Origin: an uncultured archaeon | GTDB taxonomy: Archaea; Iainarchaeota; Iainarchaeia; Iainarchaeales; CSSED10-239 | Assembly (NCBI GenBank): GCA_964468895.1 | Contig: CAYXWT010000042.1 | Span: 1 to 6,484, forward strand | DNA length: 6,484 nucleotides | Reading direction: 5' to 3' | Shown: positions 6,301 through 6,484 of the stretch, one piece after another | How the letters are laid out: every line of letters starts with the position of its first letter | Position numbering within the stretch: the stretch's first letter is position 1 | Notes under the pieces: model-generated | Database searches by the model: none | What the model saw: only the letters and a program-made list of their open reading frames with translations | Told to the model about the DNA's origin: nothing | Translations under genes and position numbers: made by a program

Positions 6301-6484
6301 AACTTTTAATAAATTTAATTAAAAACAAAAAAAAGAAAAACATAGATATTATGTCTGGTGGTGAAAAAACAATTACTGCTTTGGCTTTTATATTTGCAAT
6401 AAATTCTTATAAAAAATTACCATTTTATATATTAGATGAAGTTGATGCAGCTCTTGATGATTATAATAGTAAAAGTTTAATGAA
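3363..6484 (+). CDS. smc: SMC (structural maintenance of chromosomes) ATPase, 3'-truncated by the window edge (first ~1040 codons)
   Basis: I translated every codon by hand from the ATG at 3363 to nt 6484 and found no in-frame stop. The N-terminus is [48 protein letters not shown] (Walker A at nt 3450-3473). The Q-loop/SMC head block is [52 protein letters not shown]. About 330 aa of K/E/N/L coiled coil precede the hinge-like segment at nt 4875-5153 and about 300 aa follow it. The C-terminal head contains [21 protein letters not shown], the signature MSGGEK (nt 6351-6368) and Walker B [12 protein letters not shown] (from nt 6423). An upstream in-frame stop at 3303-3305 and the canonical SMC N-terminus fix the start at 3363. 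Confidence 0.93.
   Translation, partial: [1040 protein letters not shown]
4875..5153 (+). other. SMC hinge-like non-coiled-coil segment (residues ~505-597), apparently compressed
   Basis: [53 protein letters not shown] resembles the first hinge half (G.yG.v.dLi.v ... iVVd....A...I..Lk....gr.tFlPL). [25 protein letters not shown] weakly resembles the second half (lLG.t.iv ... vTldGd). I did not see the usual C-terminal Gly-rich G...GG dimerisation element. Confidence 0.5.

Noticed and set aside
6321-6340. The A5-C-A8-G-A5 tract in smc, and similar A7-A8 runs at about 241-248 and 560-567 in the Lrp gene, as programmed frameshift or slippage sites or pseudogene lesions
   Set aside because: All frames read through intact. 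The smc tract encodes KNKKKKN at the position of the usual basic G-K-K segment before the signature motif. Such runs are the default way to encode Lys in a genome this AT-rich.
6071-6343. A 90-aa minus-strand ORF from the supplied track (MFFFFLFLIKF...)
   Set aside because: It lies entirely antisense to the conserved C-terminal head region of smc. The translation is low-complexity and F/L/S/I-rich, as expected from reading a K/E/N-rich AT-rich gene backwards. It has no SD and no recognisable domain.
1-6484. Alternative genetic code, CRISPR arrays, tRNA/rRNA/ncRNA genes, IS elements or defence-system genes
   Set aside because: The four long ORFs contain no in-frame TGA or TAG, and TGG encodes Trp at conserved-looking positions, so the standard code fits. 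All intergenic spacers are short (79-178 nt), lack the G+C expected of structured RNAs, and contain no direct-repeat arrays. No transposase, integrase or nuclease-like ORF is present on either strand.

Overview
This is an extremely AT-rich window. My hand counts of single 60-nt lines give about 12-22% GC in three of the genes. It carries four co-directional (+ strand) protein genes separated by short A/T-only spacers, and I see no RNA genes, CRISPR arrays or mobile elements. (1) nt 2-982 encodes a 5'-truncated protein made of two complete Lrp/AsnC-type modules (wHTH plus RAM-like domain) fused in tandem; the supplied ORF track truncates it to a false TTG start at 182. (2) nt 1135-1812 encodes an unassignable 225-aa protein with a very basic N-terminal helical region and two hydrophobic segments, and it has a strong Shine-Dalgarno. 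(3) nt 1991-3283 encodes seryl-tRNA synthetase (serS) of the archaeal/eukaryotic sequence type. (4) nt 3363-6484 encodes the first ~1040 codons of an SMC chromosome-condensation ATPase. It is open to the window edge and is absent from the ORF track only because it has no stop codon in the window. The SerRS type, the TTTATAA(A/T) boxes 40-48 nt upstream of three start codons, the oligo-T tracts after genes and the extreme AT bias suggest a small-genome archaeon (DPANN-like). This lineage call is inference. The window is mostly housekeeping, and I see no convincing multi-gene novel system such as a defence island, toxin-antitoxin pair or repeat array. The items most worth follow-up are the orphan membrane protein (a compositional outlier with native codon usage), the pseudo-dimeric tandem Lrp/AsnC protein, an SMC with a compressed hinge and a Cys-rich break in its coiled coil, and a perfect 12+12 A/T palindrome plus T8 directly after the orphan gene.
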